Part shown: positions 63,628 through 64,000 of the stretch, one piece after another
How positions within the stretch are numbered: position 1 is the stretch's first letter
Layout: each line of letters starts with the position of its first letter
Assembly (NCBI GenBank): GCA_043228905.1
Contig: JBHGNT010000017.1
Location: 7,378,001-7,442,000, forward strand
Direction of reading: 5' to 3'
Length of the DNA: 64,000 bases
Source of the DNA: Azolla caroliniana
Lineage: Eukaryota; Plantae; Polypodiophyta
The notes under the pieces: generated by a model
The model's input: only the letters and a program-made list of their open reading frames with translations
Databases searched by the model: none
Told to the model about the DNA's origin: nothing
Made by a program: the position numbers and the translations under genes

Positions 63628-64000
63628 TGTCATGAAGATTTTCGGCAATGGTGTGAAAATCAAGTGTCAATCATATAAAATAATAATAGTGAATATACTA
63701 ATTCTAAGTAAGTTTAAATATCTTAGTACAAAAGACGAAGATCTTGAAGAGATGCACTTTACTACATAAGAAATGGACATCTAAGTGTCAACTTTTGTGG
63801 GTAAGAAGTTGCGGAAGAAAAAGAGAAAATTGTGATAAGCCACTCACAATATATAAGCTAGAGCCAAAGTTATTATCTTTGTGTCTATGTGTGGAGCATA
63901 GAGAGTTCAAGGTAACTTGAACTAAGAGTGGAGGTGGCCTAGCCACTTGTAAAGGTTTTGGCCAACCAAAACGAAACTGGATGGTAACCGGTGATCGGTG
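63628..64000. mobile_element. Start of another insertion running off the window
   Basis: Copia integrase homology stops abruptly at TGTCATGAA, followed by AT-rich non-coding sequence. Confidence 0.5.

Overview
Plant nuclear DNA, most likely from a non-seed plant such as a fern (inferred from the element lineages), and about 90% retroelement. One intact host gene is present: four exons at 7845-8909 (-), 136 aa, in the Pro-rich membrane-protein family usually labelled 'RPL18a-like', with a hAT-type MITE just upstream. From about 11.3 kb to the end the window is one nest of decayed retroelements, reconstructable from target-site duplications (TSDs) and up to seven layers deep. A 48-kb Ty1/copia element (12413-60367, TSD AATCA) encloses several other copias, solo LTRs, two chromodomain Ty3/gypsy elements and an RTEX-like LINE. 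Bases 1-5143 are a near-identical copy of 29176-34318 ending at a 100-N gap, possibly an assembly artefact. The most interesting signals are in the two chromoviruses: no tRNA primer site but a Tf1-type self-priming match, a G_UUA_AAC plus stem-loop -1 frameshift signal, and an antisense tRNA-like A/B-box module at the LTR edge. Related A/B-box modules occur in two other repeats. Also noted: a TGTCGCGA-terminated element family with 4-bp TSDs, and repeated insertion of one copia group next to TATA boxes. All calls were made by eye with no database search; element letters are my own labels.
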